This document shows, piece after piece, positions 11,898-24,534 of a stretch of 64,000 nt of DNA. A program made the translations under genes and the position numbers. Every line of letters begins with the position of its first letter. Position 1 is the stretch's first letter. Source of the stretch: Balamuthia mandrillaris (Eukaryota); assembly GCA_031835245.2 (NCBI GenBank), contig JAVKOQ020000111.1:62001-126000 (forward strand). The letters run 5' to 3'. The notes beneath the pieces are model-generated. The model was not told the DNA's origin, did not search any database, and was given only the letters and a program-made list of their open reading frames with translations.

Positions 11898-13238
11898 ATG
11901 GAGCGGCTTCGCACTTGGACCGGAGGACAGCTCACCCGCTTTGGCCTTGGAAGGCAACGCAACCAAGGAGTGGGGGAGGAAGGCAAAGATCCCGCCGCTG
12001 CTGCCAACACCGTGGCGCTCAACGCCGATGAGTGCCCCATCTGCACCGAAAAGCTCTACCACCAACCCCCACAAAACGAAACCTCCACTCACCACAAAGC
12101 CAGCTCTTCTGCTGCCTCTTCCTCTGCCTCACAAGGAGAAGGTGAAGAGGAAGCGGTGGCCGCCACAACAACAGCAACAAACACTCCCGCTGAGGGCAGC
12201 AATAATGATAATGTGCAGGTGCTCGCCCTGCCCTGCAACCCCGGGCACGTCTTTCACCTGAGCTGCATACGGCGGTGGGCCGAGGTGAACCCCACTTGCC
12301 CCTTGGACCGAAGCCCCATCCCGCCGGAGGCCCTCATCCCCCGTTTCCACCGCCCCTGGAACCGTGGCCGCCTCTACGCCTCCTTCTTTGCGGAGGCCGT
12401 CATAGAGGGCACGTTCTACTACCTCTGGTGGCAGCACATCTGGAAGGAGCCCTCCGTGTTCCTCTCCCGCCTCACCATCGACACGTTCAGCCATTTGATA
12501 GCCTCCCTCTTGGACAACCAGGTCTACGGGGGGGATGAGAATGATGCCAACAGACCCCCGCAAAGACAGCTGCTGCTGCAGCACCACCATGAGGAGGAGG
12601 AGGAGGAAGAGGAGGATGAGAGTGACCTTGATGTTAGCAGTGATGAGGATGAGAGCGAGGATGATGGGGAGGAGGAGGAAGAGGACATGAGGATGAGGAA
12701 TCATAGAAGGAGGTTACGGGCGTTGCAACGACAATTGAGCGACATGGAGGAGCGACAGCAGCGGAACGACGGTAGCAATAGAGGACACGAAGGGCAAAGA
12801 AGACAAGGAGAAGAAGAAGAAGAAGAAGAAGAAGATGTGGCAGAAGAAGAACAAGAACAACAACACGATTCAGCTCACACTGGAGTCTTGCACCGAATTC
12901 GTCCGGCTCTCTTCAGCGTCAGTGAATACGCCCTCAACTGCATGCTAACCTTCTGCTTCTCCAGCAACAACTTCCAGCGGACAACCCAGTTCGTCTTCAG
13001 GCAGCACCTCGAGACCTACTCCCACCGGCTCTTCACCAAGACGCTTCACCTCTGCAACTCTGGCTATGACTATGCCACTGCCAGGAGCATCGTCAAGGTG
13101 GATCCTTTCCTGTGGCTCAGCGGAACGGTGGTCGGCGTGTTTGTCGTGGGAGGCTTTGCCAGAAGCCTCTCCGACTCTCTCTCCAACAAGGCTTCCCTGT
13201 TTTTGCTCTCCAGCAAGCCCTGGTCTCTCGTCTTTTAA
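11898..13238 (+). CDS. RING-H2 finger protein with acidic region and C-terminal hydrophobic segments (putative E3 ligase)
   Basis: Intronless 446-aa ORF; CPIC...LPCNPGHVFHLSCIRRW...TCPLDR. Confidence 0.8.
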   Translation: MERLRTWTGGQLTRFGLGRQRNQGVGEEGKDPAAAANTVALNADECPICTEKLYHQPPQNETSTHHKASSSAASSSASQGEGEEEAVAATTTATNTPAEGSNNDNVQVLALPCNPGHVFHLSCIRRWAEVNPTCPLDRSPIPPEALIPRFHRPWNRGRLYASFFAEAVIEGTFYYLWWQHIWKEPSVFLSRLTIDTFSHLIASLLDNQVYGGDENDANRPPQRQLLLQHHHEEEEEEEEDESDLDVSSDEDESEDDGEEEEEDMRMRNHRRRLRALQRQLSDMEERQQRNDGSNRGHEGQRRQGEEEEEEEEDVAEEEQEQQHDSAHTGVLHRIRPALFSVSEYALNCMLTFCFSSNNFQRTTQFVFRQHLETYSHRLFTKTLHLCNSGYDYATARSIVKVDPFLWLSGTVVGVFVVGGFARSLSDSLSNKASLFLLSSKPWSLVF

Positions 13239-13728
13239 AACACGTGCCGCACGTACACACCAAAAAATTGTTATATAATAAAAAAGTCGTATTAGACATG
13301 AGAGAGGACACGAGATAGATCAAAGCTTTTGATCTACCGAATGACGTGGCATATGTGCAGATCAATGATGACCCCTCACGTCTGTTTCCTAGCAACAAAG
13401 GGTTAATTAATTAAAACTTAATTAAAAATCTACTAATTAGGGAAACTTCAAACTTTTCACGGGGAAGCCTGAAGAAAATTCGGATGCTGGTTGTGGCCGG
13501 AAAGGCAGCCCGAGAAAGGGGAAAGAACACGCGACCTTCCCAAGAAACGCAAAGGAAGCTGGACGCTCTGAAACCATCCTCTTCTTCTTGTTCTTCTTCC
13601 TTCTACTTATTACCTCCTTGTATTGGCACTTCATATATTCTTCTTCATTTTATTTTATTTTTTTTTGTACAAAGTGTAGTATTTGTTTTTCGAGTCTCAC
13701 GAGGAACAGAGGAGGAGGAGTTAAAAAA

Positions 13729-14886
13729 ATGATAGAGGCAGGTGTGTTTCGCTATGCATGGAGGATACTTGGGGGAGTGTGCATGTTGACCGTGTTGGCA
13801 GTGTGCGGCTTTGGGTTCACACTGACGGACAGCGGATGGAGTTACTCGGAAGGATGTCACTATGGCTGGCTCAGAGGCTCGTGCGACGGAGAAGTGGTAA
13901 ACATCTCTTCTGCTGACTTCACTCTCTCTTTTTCTCCACGCTTCGTCTGAGGAACACAAGCTGACTGTCCCGTTGGCTCTACTGAAAAAATAAAAAGGTG
14001 GAGTTGGATGGTAAAGCAAAGGAGTCTGGCATTGTTGCCATTACCACGTCGTCGGTGAGCATCGCTCTGGTGGGCCTCGCGTTGCTCTTCCAAAACTGTG
14101 GAGGCTTCTACCGAAAGCAACCGTTTGCGCTCATTCTGGTTTCTTTGGCCTGGTTTGTTTCTTGGAACTCTTTCTTTATGTTCTTCAACTTCTTGTTCTT
14201 GTTCTCCTTCTCCTTCTCCTTCTCCTTCTCCTTCTTTTCTTCTTGTTCTTGTTCTTGTTCTTGTTCTTCTTGTTCTGGTTCTTTATGTTCTTCAACTTCT
14301 TGTTCTTTTTCTTCTCCTTCTCCTTCTCCTTCTCCTTCTCCTTCTCCTTCTCCTTCTCCTTCTCCTTCTCCTTTTTCTTTATCTTCTTCTTCTTCTTGTT
14401 CTTCTTCTGTATCTTCTTCTTTTTCTGCTTCCTGTCTCTCTCGTGTGCTTTCTTTCCTTCGTTTCTTAATGTAGAAAAATGAAAACAATCAAAAGGTTCA
14501 TCCATACTGTCTCTGCTATCGTCTTCTTCGCGTTAGTGCTCTCCATTTGGAAGGATGGCGGCCAACAGCCAAGAGTAGGGTGGTTCGGTTGGATTTGGAT
14601 GGCGACCGGCTGTTTGGTGTTGCTGGTGGGCAGATGGGCAGCCTCAAGAGAGTTTCTACGTGTCCAGAAGAAAGACTTCATCATTCCAGCGGTTGTCAAC
14701 GAGAACAGCTGCTTGCTCTCCGCTGCGCATAACAAAAGGGCCACAAAGACGTTTTGTGGAGATGAGCTCGTGGAGAAGGGTAAAACTGTGGCAGAGAAGA
14801 AGAAGAAACTGTTGGACATTGAGAGCGCAATAGTGGTGGAGATGAACGAAGAGATTTTGACTGATAGTGATGAAGACCGGATTTAA
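13729..14886 (+). CDS. Multi-pass (about 4 TM) membrane protein of unknown function
   Basis: Three exons (~13729-13896, ~13998-14152, ~14496-14886) with hydrophobic segments; the first loop has W..C.YGW...C, loosely claudin-like. Confidence 0.55.
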
Positions 14887-14974
14887 AGTGAGTGTTTGTT
14901 GAGTGTAATGTTTTGATCATCGTTTTGCTGTGCATAGCTTTTCTTCTCTCTTTCTCTTGTTGAAGCGAAAATAA

Positions 14975-16366
14975 CTAGACCTGTTTTGTATCATCTACTC
15001 TGGTCTCTTCTTCCTCGTTTTCTTCTTGTTCTCCTCTGTAGTCACTTTGTTGCTGCTGCCCTCTTTGGTTACTTTCGCTTCTTTTATGCCTTCTCCTCTC
15101 CTGCTTCGCCCACTCCAACAATTCCCCATGTTTCCGCTCAGTGGCCCACTTACAAACCATGCGATAATTCCAAGGACAACCGTGCTCCCTCGCCCACTTC
15201 AACACTTTCAGGTGCCCTCCAAACGCTGCCATGGTGCATGTGCCTTCGTCCCAAGGACATCCTTCCTCGCGTAACCATTGCAATAATTCCAAGTTGCCAT
15301 TTCTCGCTGCTTGTGTGCAAACCTTGGGACCCCAAGGGCATGGTTGGTTCCGCTGTTCTGCTCCTCTCATCCATTTGAGCACATGCAGTTGTCCGTGAGC
15401 AGCAGCTGCAATGCTTGTGGCGAGACCCCAAGGACAGCCCTGCTCGCGTGCCCATTTCAGCATGTTTAGCTGGCCGTGCACTGCCGCCCAACCACAAATC
15501 TCTAAAGTGGAAGTTGGAAGAGGACAGCCTTGCTCGTGTGCCCATTTCAACATGTTTAGCTGGCCACTCTTTGCCGCGACGGAACAAGCCTTGTTCTTGT
15601 CCCAAGGACAGCCTTGAGCAACCATCCATTGCACCACGTGCAGCTGTCCTCCTCGGATCGCCTGCTCGCTGCTGTTTTGGCTCCAAGGACATCCATGCTC
15701 TCTCGCCCATTGCAGCACCTCCAAGTGGCCGTTCTTGGCTGCATTTGTGCAGGTCCACTCGTTCCAGGGGCAACCCTGCTCTCTAACCCACTGCAACACC
15801 TCCAAGTGTCCTCCGCTTGCTGCTCCAGCGCAGGTTCGTTGGTTCCAAGGACATCCATGCTCCCTCATCCATTGCAGCACTGCCAGGTGGCCGTTGAGGG
15901 CTGCCGCCCTGCAAGTCCACGCGTCCCAAGGACAACCCTGCGCATGAGCCCACTGCAACACCGCCAAGTGCCCGTTGCTGGCCGCTTGGTAAGTGGTCTC
16001 CCAGCTCCAAGGACAGCCGTGCTCTCTGGCCCATTGAAGCACCGCCAAATGGCCGTGCTTGGCGGCTTCTCTGCAGGTGTTGGGGCTCCAGCGACATCCC
16101 CGTTTCCGTGCCATCGCCAAGACCTGCACGTTGCCAAGAGAAGCAGCGAGATCGCAGGTGGTTTGGTCCGTTTGGTAGCCGTTGAGGAGGGACCATTGGA
16201 ACAAGGCCGGCGAGCTGCAGGCCACCCTCGCGCTCAACCTGTGCCTCCGCTCCGCGGGACAACAGGCAAACCAACGGCGACAGGTCCTCGCCGCCACCGC
16301 CGCCGTTCCTGGCGGAAGAAAGTCCAGCACGTACGCTATCACCTCTGCTGGCAGCAGCTCCTCCAT
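14975..16366 (-). CDS. F-box-like + tandem ankyrin-type repeat protein (giant-virus/amoeba type)
   Basis: Intronless 463 aa; N-terminal LPAEVIAYVLDFL...TCRRW; many ~25-aa repeats of AA..GHLEVLQWAREHGCPW. Confidence 0.88.
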   Translation of the reverse strand: MEELLPAEVIAYVLDFLPPGTAAVAARTCRRWFACCPAERRHRLSARVACSSPALFQWSLLNGYQTDQTTCDLAASLGNVQVLAMARKRGCRWSPNTCREAAKHGHLAVLQWAREHGCPWSWETTYQAASNGHLAVLQWAHAQGCPWDAWTCRAAALNGHLAVLQWMREHGCPWNQRTCAGAASGGHLEVLQWVREQGCPWNEWTCTNAAKNGHLEVLQWAREHGCPWSQNSSEQAIRGGQLHVVQWMVAQGCPWDKNKACSVAAKSGQLNMLKWAHEQGCPLPTSTLEICGWAAVHGQLNMLKWAREQGCPWGLATSIAAAAHGQLHVLKWMRGAEQRNQPCPWGPKVCTQAARNGNLELLQWLREEGCPWDEGTCTMAAFGGHLKVLKWAREHGCPWNYRMVCKWATERKHGELLEWAKQERRRHKRSESNQRGQQQQSDYRGEQEENEEEETRVDDTKQV

Positions 16367-16541
16367 GGAGGCATGCTTCTTGGCTCGCCTCTGTTTTTTT
16401 TTTTCTCACGTCCTTCCTCGTTTCGTTTCCATGTCGTCATGACAGTTTTCCATGACGACGTGATCAAACCCAAGCACTTGAACAATTTCTTTTTTTAATT
16501 CGAATGAAAGAAAGAAGTTTCGCCGATCAGAAGAAGAAGAA

Positions 16542-17801
16542 ATGGAGCCGCGTCCGTCGACGCCCGCGGCGGCGGTGGCGGTGGTGCTCACCGAGGCAGA
16601 GAGGCAGATATTCGATTTCTTGTTGGAGGTGGTCGCTCACTATCAACTTGGGACCACGCTGCGGGCCGCCGGTGGTTGGGTTCGAGACAAGGTCGGTGTT
16701 CTCGCTTTCCTGTTGCGCTTTCTTTCTTGCTTTCATTCTTTCTTCTGCCTTGCTTCTCTTTTTCGTTTCTATTATTTGTATGTGTAAAGAACGTGCGCAC
16801 AAACCTGTTTTTTTAAAAAAAGATACGTGGGAACGAAAGCGACGACATTGACATTGCGCTGGATAACATGATGGGCAGCCCCTTTGCCACTCTCGTCAAT
16901 GAATACCTTCAACAGAAGGGCTATGAAACCCACTCCATCGGTAAGAGCGAAGAAAACTTTCTCTCTCGTCTTCTTCTTTGCTTCTCTCTTATCTCTCTTC
17001 TTTCTTTTCTTTCTCTTCTTTGCTTCTCTGCTTCGGGCGCCGTTGACGTATGGTATGTAAAACAGGTGTAATACACTCCAACCCCGAACAGTCCAAGCAT
17101 TTGGAAACAGCCACAATGAGGATCTTTGATGTATGGATCGATCTCGTCAACCTTCGCTCCGAATCCTACGCCGCTGACAGTCGCATTCCTGATCACACTG
17201 TTCGCATCCTCTTGTTCTTGTTCTTCTTCTTCTTCTTCTTGTTCTTGTTCTTCTTGTTCTTCTTCTTCTTCTTCTTCTTCTTCTTCTTCTTCTTCTTCTT
17301 CTTTATCTCTTTTGCTATGTTCTCTCGTTTCACTTTACTTCTTCTCTATTCCTCTTCCTTTGGTGTTCCTATAGTGTGTCTTATGTTTTTTCTTGAAAAG
17401 CAAATAGGAACACCAAAGGAAGATGCATTGCGAAGGGATCTTACGATTAACTCGCTTTTCTATAACATCAACACTGCATCAATTGAGGACTGGACAGGAA
17501 CCGTAACGTCTCACTTTTCTCTCTGATCTTTTCTCTCTTTCTTTCTCTCGTTCTTCTCTTTCTTCTGGCATGACATAATCTAAAAAAAAGAAAAGTAGGG
17601 CCTAAAAGACTTGGCCGAAGGAATCATTCGAACACCGCTTTCTCCTCATACTACATTCCTGGACGATCCTTTGCGAGTGTTGCGCGCTGTTCGGTTCGCC
17701 AGTCGTCTTGGCTTTGTGTTGGATGATGAGCTTGTTGCTGCTGCCATGGATACTGAAATACAGGTTTCTTTTTTGTATCTCTCTGTCTGTCTCTATATCT
17801 G

Positions 17802-17854
<53 letters not shown>

Positions 17855-19238
17855 ATCTCTGCCTTCTTTCTCTGTTTCTATATTTCGCAAAAGTTAGCAA
17901 GTACTTTGCTCACGTTCTCCTGTCTCTATCATGTAAATGGATAAAGACCGCTTTGTCGCAGAAAGTAAGTCGAGAAAGAATTGGAAACGAGGTGGAAGGC
18001 ATGCTTAATGGTATATTTTTTAAAATAAGGACGTGCTTCCTGACCCCCAACATCATCCATATTGACGATTCTATATTATGGCCATAAGGACGCAACCCAG
18101 ACTCAGCTTTTGATTACATTCTTCAACTTGGATTGTTTGATATCGTTTGGAATTTACCCCCAAAGACAGGTATCTCAGTCTCTTCCATGTGCATGCCTTT
18201 TCACTATGAGCTCATTGTTGATGTTAAACCCTTTCTCTCTGCCCTCTTCCTGCGTACAGATTTCTCTCACCAAAGTGATTCCAGAGAACATTGCACTGCT
18301 CAACTTCATAGAATGAAACGGTAAAACACGCAAAGACGATTTCACTTGTTTTTTTTTTTTTTTTTTTTCAGTTGCCATTTAAAGTCTTCTATGTTAATTT
18401 TTTTGTCAAAAATAAGGTTGCTGGATGTGGCTTCGTCTTCCATTTCTATTGACCCCGCCAGAAGACGGCTGCTGCTCCTTAGCAGCTTTTTCAAACTGTT
18501 TGCCGGTCATTCTTATGCCAACAAGAAGGGACGAGCTACACCCGTAATTGAGTATCTGGTTATCGAATCTGTCAAGGTGCTCCTCTCTCTCTCCCCTCAG
18601 TTCATCTCTTCATTTCGTCTACCGCTCTTTCTCTTCTCTTCGCTCATCGCATTCTTCCTATCTGTTTATGATGCTCGTTGGCCGTTTGCTTCAACAGTGG
18701 AAGATCAAAGACGCCAAAGACATCATCACTGTTGCTGAGAATGCGGAGAAGCTTCGTGCTTTTGCCGCATCACTTGCTTCCACCAACTCATTCAACCGTC
18801 AATCCGTTGGTTCGTTGCTCCACTATCTCTGCTCTCTGTCTCTTCTCTCTCCCTTACTTTTGCACTCTTCTCCTTCCGTCCATCAACTCAAAACAAAAAG
18901 GTTTGGTGCTAAGAGAAACCAAACAACTTTGGGAAGACGCTCTGTTGGTCGGTCTTTCCCAGGGACTTCCTTTCTCTCCTTCGGAAGAAGAGCACCACCA
19001 ACAACAAATCTTGGCGCTCTATCGTCTCTTCCAAAGCAAAGTGTTGGAGGAAGGATTGGACCAAGTGTGGAAGCTTGCTCCTCTGTGGAACGGCAAAGAG
19101 TTGGCGGAGGCGTTGGGCCTTGCTCCCGGCCCTCGCATCGGGCAGCTCATCCAACGAGAGATCGAGTGGCAACTCGCTCATCCTTCTGCCTCCAAAGAGG
19201 AATGCTTGCTGTACCTCCGAAAGGAAGTCTCTTCTTGA
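16542..19238 (+). CDS. CCA1: CCA tRNA nucleotidyltransferase (class II)
   Basis: Spliced motifs AGGWVRDK, DDIDIA, HLETAT, DLVNLRSE, EDALRRDLTINSLFYN, DDPLRVLRAVRFASR, KVSRERIG.E. Confidence 0.93.
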
Positions 19239-19291
19239 CTGTAAAGTTACTCTTTAAAAAAAAAGCAGAGCGTTTCAGCTTTCAACAGAGT

Positions 19292-22200
19292 TTAATGAGA
19301 ATAAGGGAAAGGCGCTTTGAGAGAAGAAGCAGCAGAAGAGGAAGACGCAGAAGCAGCAGCGGTGGAGCTTGCTGCCGCCGAAAGGTTTCTTCTGGCGGCG
19401 GCGCTGAGTCCACCCGTTCGAGCGGCAGCTCCTCGTGGGAGGTGATGCCTCAAGCTCTCCATCTTCGTGTCCGAAAGACGAGAGGAGAGCTCCTGCTGCG
19501 CCTTCTTGGCTTCGATCTGCATCGAGACAGCCTTTCTTGTGTACTGCTTCAACCAGATGTTGCTCTCGGCCGTTCGGAGGTCGTTCTCTCCGACCAGCTG
19601 TTTGAGGATTTGATAGTTCTTCTTCTCGTAGTGCAACGCCTCCTTGAAACGATCCAACGCGCTGTAGGCATAGGCCAAATAATGACAACTATTTTTTGAA
19701 AGATTGTTAACGAACTGAAAGAGAGAAAACAAAAGAAAAAGAGAAACGTACATTTGCGCTTTGCTTAGATCGTCCTCCGGAGTGAAATAGTCATTGCTCT
19801 CCAAAGCCATGGTGTGCAGCCTCAAGGAGAGCTCCAGCCGTCCCAGGTCCTGGTTCATGAGCGCCATATGCGTCAACGTGTTGACCGCATCGGGATGATG
19901 CGGCGCACAAACGAGCGAGCCCAAATAATGCGCACGCTTGATGCATCTCAGAGCGCCCTGCAAGAAGGGTTCCTTCTTGAGGTCCCGCAGGAAGAGCGCC
20001 AAGTTGGCGTAGCTGTGGGTGGTGTCGTGGTGGTCGAGTCCGAGCACGCGCTCGTTGATGATCACCATCTTCTTTTGGTGAGCGAGGGCATGCTCAATGT
20101 CGTTTGCGTGATACAAAACGATCGCCAAGTTACTATCAGATAAAAGAAGAAAAATGAAATTAGTGCAAGGACAAAAGAGGAAAGAAGAGAGAGGAGAAAA
20201 AGAAAGAAGCCATCAGAAAAACATGAAGTGGTTATGTTTGTCGTCATCCAGACAGTCAAGAGTAGCAAATAATAAAACATCTTTTGGCTTTCTATGTTGT
20301 TGAAGAAAGAGAAAAAGAGAAAGTGGGAAAGTACCCATAGCAAATGGCAACTTCCGGATGCATGGGGCCATAGACTTGGTGGAAAATGGCGAGGGCCTCG
20401 TTGAGCAGCTCGTAGGCATACTCAAGACGCGCCTGCAACAAGAATGCTTTGCCTGCTTCCAACAATTGTTGGCCATCCATTGTCTTTAAAAATGCAGAAG
20501 ACAAAGTGTAAGAAACGGGAAAGCAAAAAAGTGAACGAGAAAGATAAATGTACCTTTGGGTCCAAATGCTTGACGGTGGGGAAGAGAGAGAGAATATCTC
20601 CTCTACGGAAGGGAAGAAGCATCTTGAAGTCATAGTCTCTGGCCATAACTTGCACGCCAGCCTTCAAACAAATGGAACGGAGAACGGGGATGTTGCGAGC
20701 GGCGCTGCGCACTTGTTCCAACGTGTTGGGAGATTGATACTTAGCGGCAGAGGAAGACTCCACAAAGCTGTAGTCGTACTTCTTGCTAATGATCTTCTCG
20801 ATATTTTGCCAAAGAATGGGGGTCGTGAGATCAAAAATATGTTCGTCGGCGCCATAATAGTTGATATGAGCTCCACTTCCTGAAAGGGTTTCTTTGTTGT
20901 TGTTATTGTTGTTGCTTCCACCTTTCTTGTTCTTTTTGCCTTTCTTCGAAGACGAAGAAGAAGATGGAGAGGAAATTCCGTTGGCTTCCTGATGAGCCTT
21001 GAGGAAGGACTTCATGTCTTGATCTTCCTCAGTCTCCACGCTGCCCTCATCCAAGGTGTGGAAGTTGGAGCGCTTGGTCACGTTGCCCAAAAGACAGTTG
21101 AGAAAGTGGGCCACTGCATAAGCAGTGTTGTGCTCCTGCACGCTGCGCAGCAACACACCAAACTCGTGCCTCGCCGCCCGCGTTATCATTTCTTGCTCAC
21201 AAAGTCCCTTTTATGTGCAACAAAAGAAAAAGTCAGCAAAAGAAAATAAAGAAAAGGAATAGAAGTGAAAAAGAAATGTACCATGATGAAGGGATGGTTC
21301 TTGGTGAGACTGGCAACCAAGCCGAGGTATCGCATGTTAACGCCGTGGCGGTGCATGATGGAGGAAAGCGTCTGTCCATCCACAGGCATCGTCTTGAACT
21401 CCACAAAGTCCTCGATCATCTTCGGGATGATAACGTCCAACAGGAACTTCCCGAGGTTCTTCACCTTCTCCTCCTCCTCTTTGATGCTCTCCTCTGTGCC
21501 GGCAACTTTGCAGAGCTGAGCAGAGGTGCCAAAGACGTTTGGATGATAGATAGTAGCCGGGTCAGGCTCTCTTTCCTTCTCAGCCTCTTTCTCTTTGTCC
21601 GCTTCTTGGGCTTTCCCTTCACCTTCTTCTCCTTGTTGTTCCTTCTTTGCTTCGGCTTCCTGCTTTGCCTTCTGTTGCTCCAAAAACTCTTTCTGAGCTC
21701 GCTGCATCTCTAAGTGCTCCGCAAAGGCCTCCAAAAGCTCCATACGGAAGACTGGAGCGGACCTCTCCTTCGGGTCCTGCTCGTACTTTTCCAAGTAGTT
21801 GGTATCCCTAGGAGTGGCTCTGACAAGGTCCACCAAATATCTCCTTCCATCGGTGCCCATGATGCCCTTGGACTTCACCGGGCAGCAGAGAGAGACCGTT
21901 TTGCCATCGCTCTCAGAGGCATCTACCATTGAGTGCTCCTTCATATGCAGTTTCTTGGCCGCGCTTTGCATGAGGCGATGGAACTCGGGATCGGCGTGGA
22001 TGGTCTTTCCGTTGTCAGCAGAGCCGTACACAATCTTGGTGCTCTCGTTGCGGAGCACACCAGGGATGATGCTCTGGGCAAGGAGGCGATGGCCGCGGAA
22101 CTCCACGATGGCGGTAAGCACAGTGCTGAGGCCCTCCACGTCGGCCATGTTGTTGTAGGCTTTAGTGGCTTTGAGGTCATTGTTGGCGCTGGTGTAGGTG

Positions 22201-24534
22201 GCTTGGTCGGTATCCAACCCTTGCTGGAAACGCGTAAAAAGGGAGAAAGTTAGAAGCAATAGGTATAGATGAATGATAGACATAAAAGGAGTTAAAATGA
22301 GAAGGTGTTCCCTCAGTAGTAACAATTGGAGATATAGTGTTTTCGCTCAACGTCGAAACTCACACACAAAAAATTTTCATCTTTGGAAACAGGGGGGAGA
22401 GAGAGCTAGCGAGAAGTTTACCTCTTCTTCTTCAGGCGCAGCAATGACAGTGTTGAGGTTTTCCTCATAGGTGTCATCCAACACATAAGAGAAAAAGATA
22501 TTGTTAAAGACAAACATGTGCGTTCGTTTGTCCGCGTGGTGAGCGTTCAGAGCGGTGACATTGCCTCCAACAATGGCACGAGCTCCTTTGATAGCGCAGT
22601 CCACAAAGTCGTTGTGTACCTTGTTGATGGCTCTGTCGCGAACAATTCTCTCCTGCACCGTGGAACGAGGAAGCTCTTTGCAAGCCTGATACTCTTCATT
22701 CCAGTCTCTCATGTTTCCGGACAATCTGTTAAACAACATTAGAAGGGAAGAAGATGGAAAGGGAAGAATGAAAAAAGAATAAAAGACGCACTCGACTTCA
22801 GCGAAGAGAACAGCATATTCAGAGCGGTTGCGGTCATAGATGTGGGGTTGAGGTTGCGGTCCCAACCAAGGAGTTAGAGGGATCGGGACACCCAACAACT
22901 CAAATGGGTGTTTGCCAAACTGACCCGTCTTCAGGACAATGTCCAAGTTTCGCGCGAAAGAAGCGCTTACCTAGAGAACAAATTTGTAAAACAATCAGGA
23001 ATAGAGAAAAGGAAAAAGAAAGAAAAGAAATGGAAAAAAGTAAAAGGGATCAGACATCTCCAGCTGGAGGTAGGCGTTGGTCATTGGTAACAAAGGGCCT
23101 GTTTGGTATGAGAGGGTTCAAGTTCGTGTATTCACGACTCTCCAAGCCCTTTGCTGCAACGTTTGCTTTGTTTCATCGTTTCCCTTGTCTGTTTTCCACA
23201 AAGAAAAAAGCGAGAGAGAGAGAGAGAGAGAAAACCGAACCTTGGAGAGCAGCTCAGAAAGATTGTGAGAACGACAAGGTTTGGCAGCAGGGTGAGGATT
23301 GAAGCGCTTCTGAGTGCTGCCATTCACGAAAAAGCCTCTGCTAGAAGACGTGATGTGATAGACGTTGCCCTCCAACGTGGTAACCTCCAGGTAGAAAAAG
23401 TCGCCCATCAGTTCCCTGTTGCCAGGCGGAGGGTTCCATCCAGAGAATTCGATGCTCTGCACGCAACGCGGCAAGGACTCAGTGGGTTTGGGATAGAACT
23501 GCTTCAAAGAGGGTCGCTCTATATCGGCCAGTTCCTCTTCGTCGGTCTTAGGTGCCGACGAGGCTGCAGTGGTCTGTTGGGTGGAGGAAGCAACAGCAGA
23601 TTTCTGGCCTCCCTTTTGTCCCGGCGTTTTCTTGTTCTGCTTTTTCTTGTTCTGTTTCTTAGAAGGCTGCTGAGATTTCTGAGGAGCTGGCTGTTGCTCG
23701 GTTGTGGCTGTGGAGGCGGCAGAGGCATCTGTCGCTGCTTGTCCATTGCTGCTATTGGTGGTGGTGGCGGCATTGGCAGTTTGTTGAGTGGCATCAGAAG
23801 AGGCATCGCTGCTGTTGGTGCTGGTGGAAGTGGCAGAATTGGCGGTGGTTGAAGGATGGAGAAGCGCTTCCTCTTCCTCGGAGGGGGCAAAGTAAGAAAA
23901 GAGACTGGGAGAGGGAGTGTTGGCATAGTCGTAGAGATGGAAGCCCAAAATTTCTCGAAGCCTGCGAATGTGCAGCAGAGCGCTTCGTTTGTTATAAAGT
24001 TCTGTTCGACACAACGAGCGTTAGAGGCTAAGAGGAAAAGATGAGAGAAAAGAAAAACAAAGGACACTGAAAGGACACCGAGAAGAAGCGACGAGAGAGA
24101 GTTACCTGGAACCATTTCGATAACACAGTCGCGCTCCAAGCCCTTCACCTCCGAAAGCTCCACAAAGTCATTGATGACGGTACCATTGAGTTGCAGCACG
24201 TAGGACGTGATGTCGCAAGTCTCCGCCGACTCCAGCAGGTACTGGCGCACATCCTGCACCATATCCGCGGGGCTGACCTGAATGGGCAACTCCTCTCCGC
24301 GCATCGTTTTGATGTTGATCGGAAAAGAAAGAGGTTCCTCTGAAAGTGAAAAAACAAACAGAAGAAAGTGGGTGAGTGAAAAAAAAAAAGAGTGAAAGAT
24401 TAATCAAACACAGTGAGAAAAAAGGATGGGCAATTTTTACTTTGTTCGAGCTCTTCTTCGGAGAGTGCCGGAGCCTCAGCGAGAGCAACTTGCTCGCTCT
24501 CAGTGTTAGTGTTAGATGCAGAAGTAGCGGACAT
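19292..24534 (-). CDS. cluA: Clustered mitochondria protein (CLU1/cluA/CLUH family)
   Basis: FSGWNPPPGNRELMGDFFYLEVTTLEG, RDWNEEYQ, NNDLKA, AQSIIPG, GIMGTDGRRY, HRHGVNMRYLG and a C-terminal TPR region (ERVLGLDHHDT); ATG at 24534. Confidence 0.93.

Noticed and set aside
14975..16366. Endogenous giant-virus insertion
   Set aside because: A single ankyrin gene flanked by ordinary intron-rich host genes; no viral hallmark genes.
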